A stretch of 64,000 nucleotides of DNA from an uncultured Alphaproteobacteria bacterium (GTDB lineage Bacteria > Pseudomonadota > Alphaproteobacteria > JAJFIK01), in NCBI GenBank assembly GCA_964474635.1, contig CAYYTT010000002.1:6015-70014 (forward strand). Direction: 5' to 3'. Of this stretch, positions 1 to 9,130 are shown in pieces; within the stretch, counting starts at the first letter, position 1, and every line of letters begins with the position of its first letter. The notes under the pieces were generated by a model, which searched no databases, was not told the DNA's origin, and saw only the letters and a list, made by a program, of their open reading frames with translations. Position numbers and translations under genes: made by a program.

Positions 1-1061
1 TTGGCCTGGATGGAGCGGCCGGAGGGCGTGTAATATTTGGCTGTCGTCAGGCGCAGGGCCCCGTTGGCCCCGTCATTGAGCGGGATGACCGTCTGGACGC
101 TGCCTTTGCCAAAGGACTGGGTCCCGAGCACGATGGCCCGGCGCTGGTCCTGCAGCGCGCCGGCCACGATTTCAGAGGCCGATGCCGACCCTCCATTAAT
201 TAAAACGATCACCGGCCGACCGTCGGTTAGATCGCCGCGCCGGGCGTTATACCGCTGGGTGTCCTCCGGATGGCGTCCCCGGGTTGAGACGATTTCGCCC
301 CGGTCGAGGAAGATGTCGGCCACATCGATGGCCTGGTCGAGCAGGCCGCCCGGATTGTTGCGCAGGTCCAGCACATAGCCGGCAAGCTTGCCACGCAGAT
401 CCCGGGACAGCCGACGGACTGCATCGCGCACATTCGCTTCGGTGTTTTCGTTGAAGGTGATGACACGGATATAGCCCACATCATTGCCTTCGGCGCGGTA
501 CCGCACGGCCTTCAGCTCAATGATCGCTCGCGTAATCGTGACGTCGAAGGGATCGCGCACGCCTTCGCGGTAGACCGTGATCTTGATGTCGGTACCCGGG
601 CGCCCGCGCATCAGGTCGATGGCCTCGTTGAGCGTCATGCCCAGGATCGGCGTGCCATCGAGGTGCGTGATGAGATCACCGGCCTTGATCCCGGCCCGGT
701 AGGCCGGCGTGTCGTCCATGGGCGCGACCACTTTGACCACGCCCTCGGCCAGCGTCACCTCGATTCCGAGGCCGCCGAATTCGCCGCGCGTCTGGACCTG
801 AATATCCCGGTAATTGCGCGGGCTCAGATAGCTTGAATGGGGATCGAGGCCCGCGAGCATGCCGTTTATGGCGTCCTCAATGAGCTTTTCGTCCTCAACC
901 TCGGTCACATAGTCGGACCGGACTCGCTCGAACACATCGCCAAACAGATTGAGCTGACGATAGGTTTCGGAGGTCGCCGCGGAGGCCCCTCCGGCCAGGA
1001 CCAGCAGGACCATGGCGAGCGACGCTGCGGGGAAGAGCTTTGAAACACCGTGCCTCATCAT
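1..1061 (-). CDS. ctpA: Carboxy-terminal processing peptidase, S41 family. The C-terminal end runs off the window start.
   Basis: Absent from the ORF track because it is open at the window edge. My reverse-strand translation from ATG 1061 (or 1058) reads MMRHGVSKLF, a signal peptide, YRQLNLFGDVFERVRSDY, GEFGGLGIEV, PAYRAGIKAGDLI (PDZ), LDLRNNPGGLL, VLINGGSASASEIVAGALQD and GTQSFGKGSVQ. These are typical S41A blocks. Confidence 0.9.
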   Translation of the reverse strand, partial: MMRHGVSKLFPAASLAMVLLVLAGGASAATSETYRQLNLFGDVFERVRSDYVTEVEDEKLIEDAINGMLAGLDPHSSYLSPRNYRDIQVQTRGEFGGLGIEVTLAEGVVKVVAPMDDTPAYRAGIKAGDLITHLDGTPILGMTLNEAIDLMRGRPGTDIKITVYREGVRDPFDVTITRAIIELKAVRYRAEGNDVGYIRVITFNENTEANVRDAVRRLSRDLRGKLAGYVLDLRNNPGGLLDQAIDVADIFLDRGEIVSTRGRHPEDTQRYNARRGDLTDGRPVIVLINGGSASASEIVAGALQDQRRAIVLGTQSFGKGSVQTVIPLNDGANGALRLTTAKYYTPSGRSIQA

Positions 1062-1227
1062 GGGCCACCAAGTCCTCTAGAACGTGTGAAGGCAGAGCCT
1101 GATCCTACCGACCGGCCTTTGATTTCAGTTTGACCATCCCGCGCCGTCCCGGCAAGGGAACCTCTTACAATCCAAACCGTCGTCTTCGCCCGCGCCTCGC
1201 CCGCCCCGTGTGACCGGCGCGCCGGGG

Positions 1228-2688
1228 CTAGCCACTGACATTCCGGGTCGCGCCCGTGAGCCAGGGCAGCGGATCGACCGGCTCGCCGTCTTTGCGCAAC
1301 TCGAAATACAGGGTCGGGCCCTGCGTGACCAGGGAGACGCCCGCACCGCCCGCCGAGGAGGCCCCGGCCACCGTCATGGCCAGGGTGCGGGCCATGGTGT
1401 CCTCGTCCTGCGCCGCCGGAACGGGGGCCGTGGCGCCCATGATTCCAATGGGCTCACCAGCCAGCAGTTCCTGTCCCACCACGGCGTAGATCTGCGCAAG
1501 GCCCGTTAAAACGAAGTGATAGCCGTCCCCGGCCGTGAGAATCAGCACCTGGCCATAATTGCGATAGGGCTGGGCGAAGGAGACCCGGGCGTCAAAGGGC
1601 GCGACGATCTGCGCGCCTGGGCGGGTGGCGAAGGTCAGGCCCTCGCTGATGTGCCCCGCATCGTCCTTGGTGCCGAAGCGCCTCACGATTCGGCCCGCCA
1701 CGGGCGCCCGCAGCCGCCCCTTGGCGGTGGCAAGGCCGGGACTGGCCGACGGACCAGGCGCGGGGGCTGGCGCCACCCGCCGCGCGCCGGAGGGGCGGGC
1801 GAGCGGCTGCAGTCCGGCGGCCCGCTCGGTGAGATCCTCAATAAGGCCCCGCAGGTCCCGGGCCTGTTCGGCGAGCTGCGCAAGACGCAGGGCCTCTTCC
1901 TTGGCGGCCTCGCGGGTCGCTTTTTCTAGGGCCTCTTTTTCCACCAGCAGCGCGGCGAGCTGTTTTTGCTCCGCGAGCAGATCGGCGCTGGCGATCTGGA
2001 GGTCGTCGCGTTCGGCCTCGATGCGGGCGCGCACATTGGTCAGGGCATCGAGTTCCCGGCCCAAGGCGGCCGCCTGTTCGTAAATGTCCGGCACGACAGA
2101 GCCCAGCAGCATGGCACTGCGCGCCGCGTTCACCGCATCGTCCGGATTGACGAGCAGGGCCGGCGGCTTGTTCTGCTCCATGGCCTGGAGCGCGGCCAGC
2201 ACGGAGACGAGGGCTTGCTTGCGGGTGCGCAGCCGGTCCACGACCGCGTTTTCCTCAACCAGAAGGCCGCCGAGGCGCGCCTCGATACGGTTCAGCCGGG
2301 CCTCGCGCTTTTGCACCTCGAATGCGGCCTCCACGGAGCGCGTCCGGATCTCCCGCATTTCCTGGGCCAGCCGCTCCGCATCGGCCTTCTGGCGGCGCAG
2401 CCTGCTGCGGCTTTCGCTGACCGTGTCCTCAAGTTCCTGGAGATGTTCAGCCGAGACATCGTCGCCCGTCGGCGGCGCGGAGACCGAGGACGGCATACCG
2501 AGTGCGAGAAAGGCGAGGGCCGCCCAGGCGCCGCGCAGCAGGCCGCTGCGGCGGGGACGGGGCCACCGGGCCGGAACGCAAGGCGTGATCAGGGGCGGGA
2601 ACGCGTGCACCGGGGGGCTCGGTCCTCGATCGGGGGGCGCGCCATGGTCGGCGGAGGCGGCCCGGTGAGCTTGCGCCGCTCCGGTCAC
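1228..2688 (-). CDS. EnvC-like murein hydrolase activator: coiled coil plus C-terminal M23/LytM peptidase domain
   Basis: 486-aa ORF. Coiled-coil middle (LQELEDTVSESRSRLRRQKADAERLAQEMREIR). C-terminal M23 block (GAQIVAPFDARVSFAQPYRNYGQVLILTAGDGYHFVLTGL, GEPIG, LYFELRKDGEPVDPLPWL). It starts 9 nt after the gpmI stop. The exact start is uncertain. Confidence 0.85.
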   Translation of the reverse strand: MTGAAQAHRAASADHGAPPDRGPSPPVHAFPPLITPCVPARWPRPRRSGLLRGAWAALAFLALGMPSSVSAPPTGDDVSAEHLQELEDTVSESRSRLRRQKADAERLAQEMREIRTRSVEAAFEVQKREARLNRIEARLGGLLVEENAVVDRLRTRKQALVSVLAALQAMEQNKPPALLVNPDDAVNAARSAMLLGSVVPDIYEQAAALGRELDALTNVRARIEAERDDLQIASADLLAEQKQLAALLVEKEALEKATREAAKEEALRLAQLAEQARDLRGLIEDLTERAAGLQPLARPSGARRVAPAPAPGPSASPGLATAKGRLRAPVAGRIVRRFGTKDDAGHISEGLTFATRPGAQIVAPFDARVSFAQPYRNYGQVLILTAGDGYHFVLTGLAQIYAVVGQELLAGEPIGIMGATAPVPAAQDEDTMARTLAMTVAGASSAGGAGVSLVTQGPTLYFELRKDGEPVDPLPWLTGATRNVSG

Positions 2689-2697
2689 GCCGTGCCG

Positions 2698-4251
2698 TCA
2701 GGACGCGGCCTTGAGAAGGGATTCGCCGGTCATCTCCGGCGGTTGAGGTTGCCCCATGAGGGCCAGAAGCGTCGGCGCGATGTCCGCCAACCGACCTTCC
2801 CTCAATGAAACCTGTGTGCCAAGTGATTCGGCGTTCACGAGCACGGCAGGCACGACAAAAGTGGTGTGAGCGGTGTGGGGCCCGCCGGTTTCCGGGTCGA
2901 GCATCAGTTCGCAATTGCCGTGATCGGCCGTGACCAGCATGCGCCCGCCGGCCTCACGCACCGACTCAATGAGCCGTCCCAAACCCTCATCGACCGCCTC
3001 AACGGCCTTGATGGCGGCCTCCAGGCTGCCCGTGTGTCCAACCATGTCCGGATTGGCGTAATTGATCACCACCAGATCGAAACCCAGGGAGCGGATGGCC
3101 TTCGTCACCGCGTCGGTCACTTCCCGGGCGGACATTTCCGGCTGCAGATCATAGGTGGCGACCTTCGGGCTCGGGATCATGATCCGCTCTTCGCCCTCGA
3201 AGACCTCTTCGCGCCCGCCATTGAGGAAAAAGGTGACATGCGGATATTTTTCGGTCTCCGCGATGCGCAGCTGCGTCAGCCCGGCCTGCGCCGTCACGCC
3301 GCCGAGGGTGTTGCTGAGGCTTTCCGGTGGAAAAAGGGCGGGCATGAATTCGGCAAGGCGCGTTGAGTACTCTACCATCCCCGCCACCGACCCCAGGCGC
3401 GGCACGCGGCGGTCAAAGCCGTCGAACTCCGGGTCGAGAAGCGCGCCCAGGATCTGACGGGCCCGGTCGGCGCGGAAATTGATGAAGATCAGCGCATCCC
3501 CGTCTTTCATGCCGCCATAACCATCGACCACCGTCGGCAGAACGAATTCGTCCGTGGTGCCCGCCGCATAGGCGGCCTCGATGGCGCCGCGCCAGTCGGC
3601 GGCGCGCTCGCCCTGTCCATCGACCAGGCAGGCATAGGCCTTTTCCACCCGTTCCCAGCGTTTGTCCCGGTCCATGGCATAATACCGTCCACAGACGGTT
3701 ACGATGCGCCCCCGCGCTTCTGGCGTCAGGCTCTCTTCAAAACGGTCGATATAGCTGGCCGCGCTTTGGGGCGGGGTGTCCCGGCCATCGAGGAAGGCGT
3801 GGATTGCGACGGGGACGTCGAATTTGTGCAAGGTATTCACAAGGGCCGTAATGTGGCGCTGATGGGAGTGCACGCCCCCGGGGCTCATGAGGCCGGCCAC
3901 ATGGACCGTACCGCCGGAGGCCTTGGCCGCATCGATGACCCCGTGCAGGGTGCCGTTCTGTTCAAAGGTGCCGGTTTCGATGGCGTGATCGATGCGGGGC
4001 AGGTCCTGCATGACCACGCGCCCGGCGCCGATGTTCATATGTCCGACTTCGGAGTTTCCCATCTGTCCTTGCGGCAGGCCCACATCGAGGCCGGACGTGT
4101 GCAGGAAGGTGCGCGGGCAACTGCTCCAGATCCGGTCGAAATTCGGCGTGTTTGCGAGGGCGACGGCATTGTTGTCCTGCGCGTCGCGCCAGCCCCAGCC
4201 ATCCAGAATGCACAGGACAACGGGGCGTTTCTGCGGGATGTCAGCGGCCAT
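2698..4251 (-). CDS. gpmI: 2,3-bisphosphoglycerate-independent phosphoglycerate mutase
   Basis: The ORF is open to 4599, but the family-typical N-terminus MAADIPQKRPVVLCILDGWGW begins at ATG 4251. Also GNSEVGHMNIGAGR, PGGVHSH, NYANPDMVGHTG and TADHGN motifs. Confidence 0.92.
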   Translation of the reverse strand: MAADIPQKRPVVLCILDGWGWRDAQDNNAVALANTPNFDRIWSSCPRTFLHTSGLDVGLPQGQMGNSEVGHMNIGAGRVVMQDLPRIDHAIETGTFEQNGTLHGVIDAAKASGGTVHVAGLMSPGGVHSHQRHITALVNTLHKFDVPVAIHAFLDGRDTPPQSAASYIDRFEESLTPEARGRIVTVCGRYYAMDRDKRWERVEKAYACLVDGQGERAADWRGAIEAAYAAGTTDEFVLPTVVDGYGGMKDGDALIFINFRADRARQILGALLDPEFDGFDRRVPRLGSVAGMVEYSTRLAEFMPALFPPESLSNTLGGVTAQAGLTQLRIAETEKYPHVTFFLNGGREEVFEGEERIMIPSPKVATYDLQPEMSAREVTDAVTKAIRSLGFDLVVINYANPDMVGHTGSLEAAIKAVEAVDEGLGRLIESVREAGGRMLVTADHGNCELMLDPETGGPHTAHTTFVVPAVLVNAESLGTQVSLREGRLADIAPTLLALMGQPQPPEMTGESLLKAAS

Positions 4252-4496
4252 GGGTGAGGGCTCCTCGGCAGATCCGTCGGCGGCGCCAAGGGGCGCGCCG
4301 GAGACACGGGAAAACGCCGAAGCGCGGTGCCCCGACGCGAAAATGTTGCAATGCACAACACCATAAGCCCGTTGACGACACGTGTCCATCGGGACGCGGG
4401 CGAAGCACCTGAGGAGCGGCGGCGCGGACCAGCCCTGATCAGGATCGACTTTGCACGAAATCGGCTGTGCGCGATTGGCGTTGTGCGTGTTCGAGG

Positions 4497-4580
4497 CCAA
4501 ACGCCAAACGCCAAACGCCAAACGCCAAACGCCAAACGCCAAACGCCAAACGCCTGACGCCTGACGCCTGACGCCTGATG
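4497..4580. repeat. Heptanucleotide microsatellite: 8 x CCAAACG, 3 x CCTGACG, 1 x CCTGATG
   Basis: Counted directly in the sequence. 12 contiguous 7-bp units in the intergenic space between gpmI and the curli operon. Confidence 0.95.
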
Positions 4581-4594
4581 GAGGGGGCGGCCAT

Positions 4595-4624
4595 GGCACC
4601 TGGGCAGCTGGGCACCTGGGCAGC
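4595..4624. repeat. Perfect 15-bp tandem duplication (GGCACCTGGGCAGCT x 2)
   Basis: Read directly. It lies 15 nt after the heptamer array. Confidence 0.9.
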
Positions 4625-5009
4625 TGAAGCGGTGCACGGGGCCGGTGATCTATTTGGCGCGCCGACGCTGGCGTTTCTGTCCCGATTTGGCACCCGATGA
4701 AGGCAGCCGGCCCCTGGGTTCAGGTCCGCAACGATCCGTGGCCAGGAAGGCGAAAATGATCCCCTTTGCCTCAAAAATCCTGGCGAAAAGTCCCGTTTTC
4801 CCGCCCCGGCGGTTTGACCCTTCCTTGACACCCGAAACCGACACCAACGTGCAGTGTGGCGAGAAGTGTGTCTTTTGTGCACGTCTTCACATTCATTGTG
4901 AAATTTCATTCATTTGGATGATGTCCAATCCGGGACAGTCCGGTACATCTCTACCAGTCCTCTCAAGCGAGGGCGGCGAGAAATTCACCGAATGGAACGG
5001 GGACGACCT

Positions 5010-5933
5010 ATGAAAAAGTTGATGATGACGGCTTCGGCCGCAGTGCTGTTGATTGCCGGCGCAACGGCTGCCCAGGCAACCGACAACGAAGTGTACATTG
5101 CGCAAACTGGCACGGGTAATAACACGGCCAATGTTTCCCAGACATTCGAGGGTAACGCGGGGCAAGCCAGCAACCGAGTTAGTGGTGAGTTTAACAAAGA
5201 CACCAAAGCGGTCCAGAACGGTGCGTGGAATAACGCCGATATTGTGCAGAACGGTCGCGATAACGTCTTGGCGTTTGGCCAGGACGGGGCAGGCACTTCA
5301 GAAACCTTCAATGATATCGACGCCACCTTTAATGGTGCCGGAAACAAATTTGAAATTTTCCAAAGTGGCGGCGTTGCGAACACAGCGTTTGTTGATGTTG
5401 ACGGCAGCTCAAACGGCGGAAATGCAAACAGAAATGTTCTGACGCAGACCGGCGGAGACAACGATATCAATCTTGATATTGGTGGTTCTGTGAACGGAAT
5501 TGATGTCACGCAGACTGGAAACTTCAACGACGCGGATGTGGATGTTGTGGGTAGCACGAACAGCTTCACTGTTACGCAGTTGCAAGACTCCAATAGCGCG
5601 GTGGTTGACATTACCGGAAGCGAAAATGGTATCGATTTCGGTGGCGAGCCTCGCAGCGGTAACAATGCTGATAGCAATTTCTCCGGCGCTGCGGCGTCTG
5701 TTGGTGTTGACGAAGCTGTTGTGCTCCAGGACGGTTTTGATAACGTCGCAAACTATCAAGTTACCGGCGATCAAAACCTGTTTGGTTTCAAGCAGAGCGG
5801 AAATCTGAATACCATCACTGGCGTGACGACTGGTAACAACAACGAAGTTGCTGTCCTTCAGTCGAGCAATGGAAATACGGCTGATTTCAGCCAGAGCGGA
5901 AATGGTAACAACATGGCGGTCGTCCAAAACTAA
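5010..5933 (+). CDS. csgA: Major curlin subunit-like protein (CsgA-like) with many imperfect curlin repeats
   Basis: Start at ATG 5010 (MKKLMMTASAAVLLIAGATAAQA signal peptide, GGAACGGGGA upstream). The rest is built from Q-x-G-x-x-N-x-A-x-x-x-Q type units (IAQTGTGNNTANVSQ, AVQNGAWNNADIVQNG, VTQTGNFNDADVDV, VLQDGFDNVANYQVTG, FKQSGNLNTITG, VLQSSNGNTADFSQSGNGNNMAVVQN). Confidence 0.8.
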   Translation: MKKLMMTASAAVLLIAGATAAQATDNEVYIAQTGTGNNTANVSQTFEGNAGQASNRVSGEFNKDTKAVQNGAWNNADIVQNGRDNVLAFGQDGAGTSETFNDIDATFNGAGNKFEIFQSGGVANTAFVDVDGSSNGGNANRNVLTQTGGDNDINLDIGGSVNGIDVTQTGNFNDADVDVVGSTNSFTVTQLQDSNSAVVDITGSENGIDFGGEPRSGNNADSNFSGAAASVGVDEAVVLQDGFDNVANYQVTGDQNLFGFKQSGNLNTITGVTTGNNNEVAVLQSSNGNTADFSQSGNGNNMAVVQN

Positions 5934-5963
5934 GGGGACATAACGCCATTACATCATAGGTAT

Positions 5964-5992
5964 TTGGGGGTGATTTTGTATATCACCCCCAA
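5964..5992 (+). terminator. Stem-loop between csgA-like and csgB-like genes
   Basis: Perfect 11-bp inverted repeat TTGGGGGTGAT / ATCACCCCCAA with the 7-nt loop TTTGTAT, 31 nt after the csgA-like stop. The T-tract after it is weak. Confidence 0.45.
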
Positions 5993-6071
5993 GTCTTGCG
6001 TGACAGGATAATTCATTTGTGAATATAGTGCCGCCATTTCCATATGCTGAGCTTGGCAAAAGGAGGGTTAA

Positions 6072-6623
6072 ATGACCATTTTTGCGCGTATGTGTCTCCT
6101 GCTGCTGTGCCTTTTTCCTGCGCTGAGTACGGCTCAGGACAGTGGGCCGCCCAGTGACTGTGTGGCGCGTACGGATGGGTCCCGCGGACAATGCGGCGGT
6201 GTCGCCCGTGTGGTGGAGCGCCGCTCCCAGTCCTTTGAAGACGCGATGCTCGACACCTTCAGCACGGAACCGCAAAGCGCGCCCCTCGACTTGCTTCCGG
6301 CCTATTCCGCAACGGGCAACCAGTCGGCCGTAGTTCAGAATGGTCAGAACAATGACGCCTTCGTCTTCATGGAGGGGCAGGGTAATCGCGCCTTCGTGCA
6401 ACAAGTGGGCGATGGCAACCAGTCATCCGTCGACATGCGGGGCACTGACCTGGGCGTGGCGGTTGTGCAACAAGGTGATCAAAATCTTTCGGATATAGGC
6501 GTGTCCGGGCGCAATCTCCTTGTGGAGCATTCCCAGATCGGAAATAGTCTCAGTTACAGTATGGATGTGGAAGGTTCGAATAAAACGATCCGTGTGAACC
6601 AGACGGGGCAAGTTTCCCCATGA
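6072..6623 (+). CDS. csgB: Minor curlin / nucleator-like protein (CsgB-like)
   Basis: Signal peptide MTIFARMCLLLLCLFPALSTAQ. Curlin-type repeats NQSAVVQNGQNNDAFVFMEGQGNRAFVQQVGDGNQSSVDM and VAVVQQGDQNLSDIG. The A versus B assignment is by size and position only. Confidence 0.6.
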   Translation: MTIFARMCLLLLCLFPALSTAQDSGPPSDCVARTDGSRGQCGGVARVVERRSQSFEDAMLDTFSTEPQSAPLDLLPAYSATGNQSAVVQNGQNNDAFVFMEGQGNRAFVQQVGDGNQSSVDMRGTDLGVAVVQQGDQNLSDIGVSGRNLLVEHSQIGNSLSYSMDVEGSNKTIRVNQTGQVSP

Positions 6624-6660
6624 GAGAATGGGTTCGCAGGGTGAGGTAAGGGGTTGCGTT

Positions 6661-7101
6661 ATGGGTTCGGATTTTAAGGTTTACAATTGCTTGTGGTGCC
6701 TCTTCGCACTCCTTGGCGCAGTTTGTTTGTCAGGCGCCGCCCACGCCGGTGAATTGGTGTATCGACCGATTAGTCCGTCTTTCGGTGGAAACCCTTTTAT
6801 TTCGAGCAATCAACTTGCCGTCGCCAATATTGAAAATCGCTTTGTCGAGGAGCCGCAATCTTTTCAAAGCGACCCTCTCGACGATTTCACAGATTCAATC
6901 CAACGCCGGATTTTGTCGGAACTGTCACGAGATATCACTGACGCCATATTTGGCGACAACGCGGAAGAAAGTGGTGTGTTCGAAATCGAAGGCACAATCA
7001 TTTCCTTCGAGACAGTGGGCGATGAAATCAACATTGCAATCACCGACGATACCGGTGCCTCAACCAGCATCACCGTTCCGAGCATCCAGTCGACTTTCTG
7101 A
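6661..7101 (+). CDS. csgF: Curli assembly component CsgF
   Basis: Signal peptide, then GELVYRPISPSFGGNPFISSNQLAVANIENRF. This parallels the E. coli CsgF N-terminus (NPNFGGNP, LLNSAQAQN). An alternative start is at 6628. Confidence 0.75.
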   Translation: MGSDFKVYNCLWCLFALLGAVCLSGAAHAGELVYRPISPSFGGNPFISSNQLAVANIENRFVEEPQSFQSDPLDDFTDSIQRRILSELSRDITDAIFGDNAEESGVFEIEGTIISFETVGDEINIAITDDTGASTSITVPSIQSTF

Positions 7102-7193
7102 GGCAATCCGTCGGGGTGCGAATCCGGTCTGAGCATGTGATCCGCAGGCGCCATGATGATGGCGGGCGCAGCGCGGAACCATCCGAGAGTTAG

Positions 7194-8243
7194 GTGAGTT
7201 TCAGTGTGATGGTCAGGAAGCGAACCGTTGTCCTGCCTTTGGTGCGGACAGTCTGTGCTTTGCTGACCCTTGGCATGGTGTCGGCGTGCTCCCTCAATGG
7301 GACGCCCCCGACGGGCACCCCGCCGAAAGTCGCTCGGACCCTGCCCGTCACAAAGCAACTCATGCTGTTGCCGCCGCCGGAACGCGTGGTCGATGTGGGC
7401 GTGTACAGTTTCCCGGATCTCACGGGACAGAATAAGCCCGGCGAGAATTTCGCGAATTTCTCCAAGGCCGTCACGCAAGGCGCCTCGGCCTATTTGACCG
7501 AGGCCCTGCTGCGCGCGGGGCAAGGCAGCTGGTTCTCCGTGACCGAGCGCAGTGGCCTGAACAATCTGCTCCAGGAGCGGCGGATTATTCGAGGGACCCG
7601 CGAGGAATATGAGGGCAAGGGCAATGGCCTCCTGCCGCCCCTGCGCTTTGCCGGGATCATGCTTGAGGGCGGGGTCATTGCCTATGACTCCAATGTCCGA
7701 ACCGGCGGGATCGGGGCGCGCTGGCTCGGCATCGGGTCCGATATTCAGTATCGCCGCGATATTGTGACCGTGGCCTTGCGGGCGGTGAGTGTCAGCACGG
7801 GGAAGGTCCTTGCAGCCGTCAGCACGACGAAGACGGTGTATTCCATTGCGGCGCGGACGAATGTGTTCCGCTTCATTGCCGTCGATGAGATATTGGATGC
7901 GGATGCCGGCTTTTCGATCAATGAACCGCCCCAGCTCGCCGTGCGCCAGGCCGTTGAATTGGCGGTCTATTCCCTTGTTCTCGAAGGGGCCCTGAACGGT
8001 CTATGGTCCTTTGAAGACAAGAGGCAGGCACGCGGCATCCTGAAACGCTTCATTGAGACGCGCTATGATGGGTTCGGCCCGGGAGATCTGCTTGGCATCA
8101 ATGAAAAATTCGAACGGGCCACAAATCCGAATTTCGGCATGGCCACGGTGGAGATGCAAGGTGTTGAGGTCGTTCTGTCCTCACCCAATGGGGAGGCGTC
8201 CGCAGCAACGGTCCGAGACAACCGGCTCCCGAAATTGTTCTGA
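7194..8243 (+). CDS. csgG: Curli secretion channel lipoprotein CsgG
   Basis: Lipobox LTLGMVSAC. CsgG-family core VGVYSFPDLTGQNKP, KAVTQGASAYLTEALLRAGQGSWFSVTERSGLNNLLQERRI. GTG start at 7194, alternative ATG at 7209. Confidence 0.85.
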   Translation: MSFSVMVRKRTVVLPLVRTVCALLTLGMVSACSLNGTPPTGTPPKVARTLPVTKQLMLLPPPERVVDVGVYSFPDLTGQNKPGENFANFSKAVTQGASAYLTEALLRAGQGSWFSVTERSGLNNLLQERRIIRGTREEYEGKGNGLLPPLRFAGIMLEGGVIAYDSNVRTGGIGARWLGIGSDIQYRRDIVTVALRAVSVSTGKVLAAVSTTKTVYSIAARTNVFRFIAVDEILDADAGFSINEPPQLAVRQAVELAVYSLVLEGALNGLWSFEDKRQARGILKRFIETRYDGFGPGDLLGINEKFERATNPNFGMATVEMQGVEVVLSSPNGEASAATVRDNRLPKLF

Positions 8244-8307
8244 GCGGTCATGCCTGTCTCCTCGGTTGCTCGCGCCTGCTGCGCGGACAGCGGTTTGTTT
8301 CTTTTTG

Positions 8308-9003
8308 ATGGGCGGCGTTGGTACGGCGCAGGATCTTGTTGAAGGGCAGGATCTTGTTGACACGGACGATCTGGTGGCGACGGACGACCAAATTTCGGAT
8401 CCGGATGAATTTGGCAGCGATCCGCCTTTCTCGATCGGCGGATTGCATTTGGGGATGACCCTTGAGGAGATCGCGAGGGTCCACCCGTCCCTCTCGACAC
8501 AGAACGCCCCTTTCTCGGATGCCATCGACCGGTCAGTGCCTTTGCAAGCGGATGTGGAATCCAGTGTGGCGCGCTTTGGCTACCGGAATGTGACCTTGAA
8601 CGACGATGGGGCGGGCGCTGACCAGTCGGGGTTGACGGCGCAGTCCCTCTACCTGCCGACCGGCCTTGAAATCGCGGAGTTGACAGGGACCCTTCGCGCC
8701 ACGGGGGAGGGGGTTGTCTTCTCGATCACCTTGGAGATGGCCAGCATGATGCTCGACTGCACGGCGGTGGCTCAGGCCATGGTCCGTGACATGGGTGAGC
8801 CCACGGGACAACGCGCCGACACCGTTTTCACGTGGCGCTCCTTTACGGTCACGCGCCGTGAGACCCTCGATATGCGGTGCCAATCCGGGCAAACCCTCCT
8901 CTTGGAGCTGAGCGACCCGGGCATTTTCGAACGATTCTTACAGGGCATCGAAACAATGCGGGACGAGGCGCTTCAACGCCGTATTCCGACGCCGCGCTAT
9001 TGA
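8308..9003 (+). CDS. Hypothetical exported protein with an acidic 6-aa repeat N-terminus, directly downstream of csgG
   Basis: Frame is open from 8053 but overlaps csgG until 8243. Plausible starts are TTG 8266 (gives a signal-like LAPAARTAVCFFLMGGVGTAQ) or ATG 8308. I recognise no family. Confidence 0.5.
   Translation: MGGVGTAQDLVEGQDLVDTDDLVATDDQISDPDEFGSDPPFSIGGLHLGMTLEEIARVHPSLSTQNAPFSDAIDRSVPLQADVESSVARFGYRNVTLNDDGAGADQSGLTAQSLYLPTGLEIAELTGTLRATGEGVVFSITLEMASMMLDCTAVAQAMVRDMGEPTGQRADTVFTWRSFTVTRRETLDMRCQSGQTLLLELSDPGIFERFLQGIETMRDEALQRRIPTPRY
8329..8389 (+). repeat. 18-bp in-frame tandem repeat (about 3.4 units) encoding QDLVEG/QDLVDT/DDLVAT/DD
   Basis: CAGGATCTTGTTGAAGGG, CAGGATCTTGTTGACACG, GACGATCTGGTGGCGACG, then a partial GACGACC. 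Read directly. Confidence 0.8.
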
Positions 9004-9130
9004 AGCGGTTTGCGTTCAAAGCCCGTGCGGCGCACCGATGCCCTGGGGCATGAGAGAGAACAACAACAAGGCAATGCGGGCATTCAGATCGCCGCTTTGC
9101 CACTTGGCCAAAAGTGGTGATACCGTGAGT

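Noticed and set aside
4497-4580. Possibility that the short repeat array is a CRISPR
   Set aside because: The units are 7 bp and contiguous with no spacers, and there are no cas genes. It is a microsatellite.
4252-4599. N-terminal extension of the gpmI ORF through the heptamer array (AFGVWRL x 3)
   Set aside because: The conserved iPGM N-terminus starts at ATG 4251. The extension merely reads through the tandem repeat (7 bp x 3 = 21 bp keeps the frame open) and is not protein-like.
8053-8307. 5-prime part of ORF 8053..9003
   Set aside because: It overlaps the well-supported csgG reading frame for 190 nt. The real start is most likely after the csgG stop (TTG 8266 or ATG 8308).
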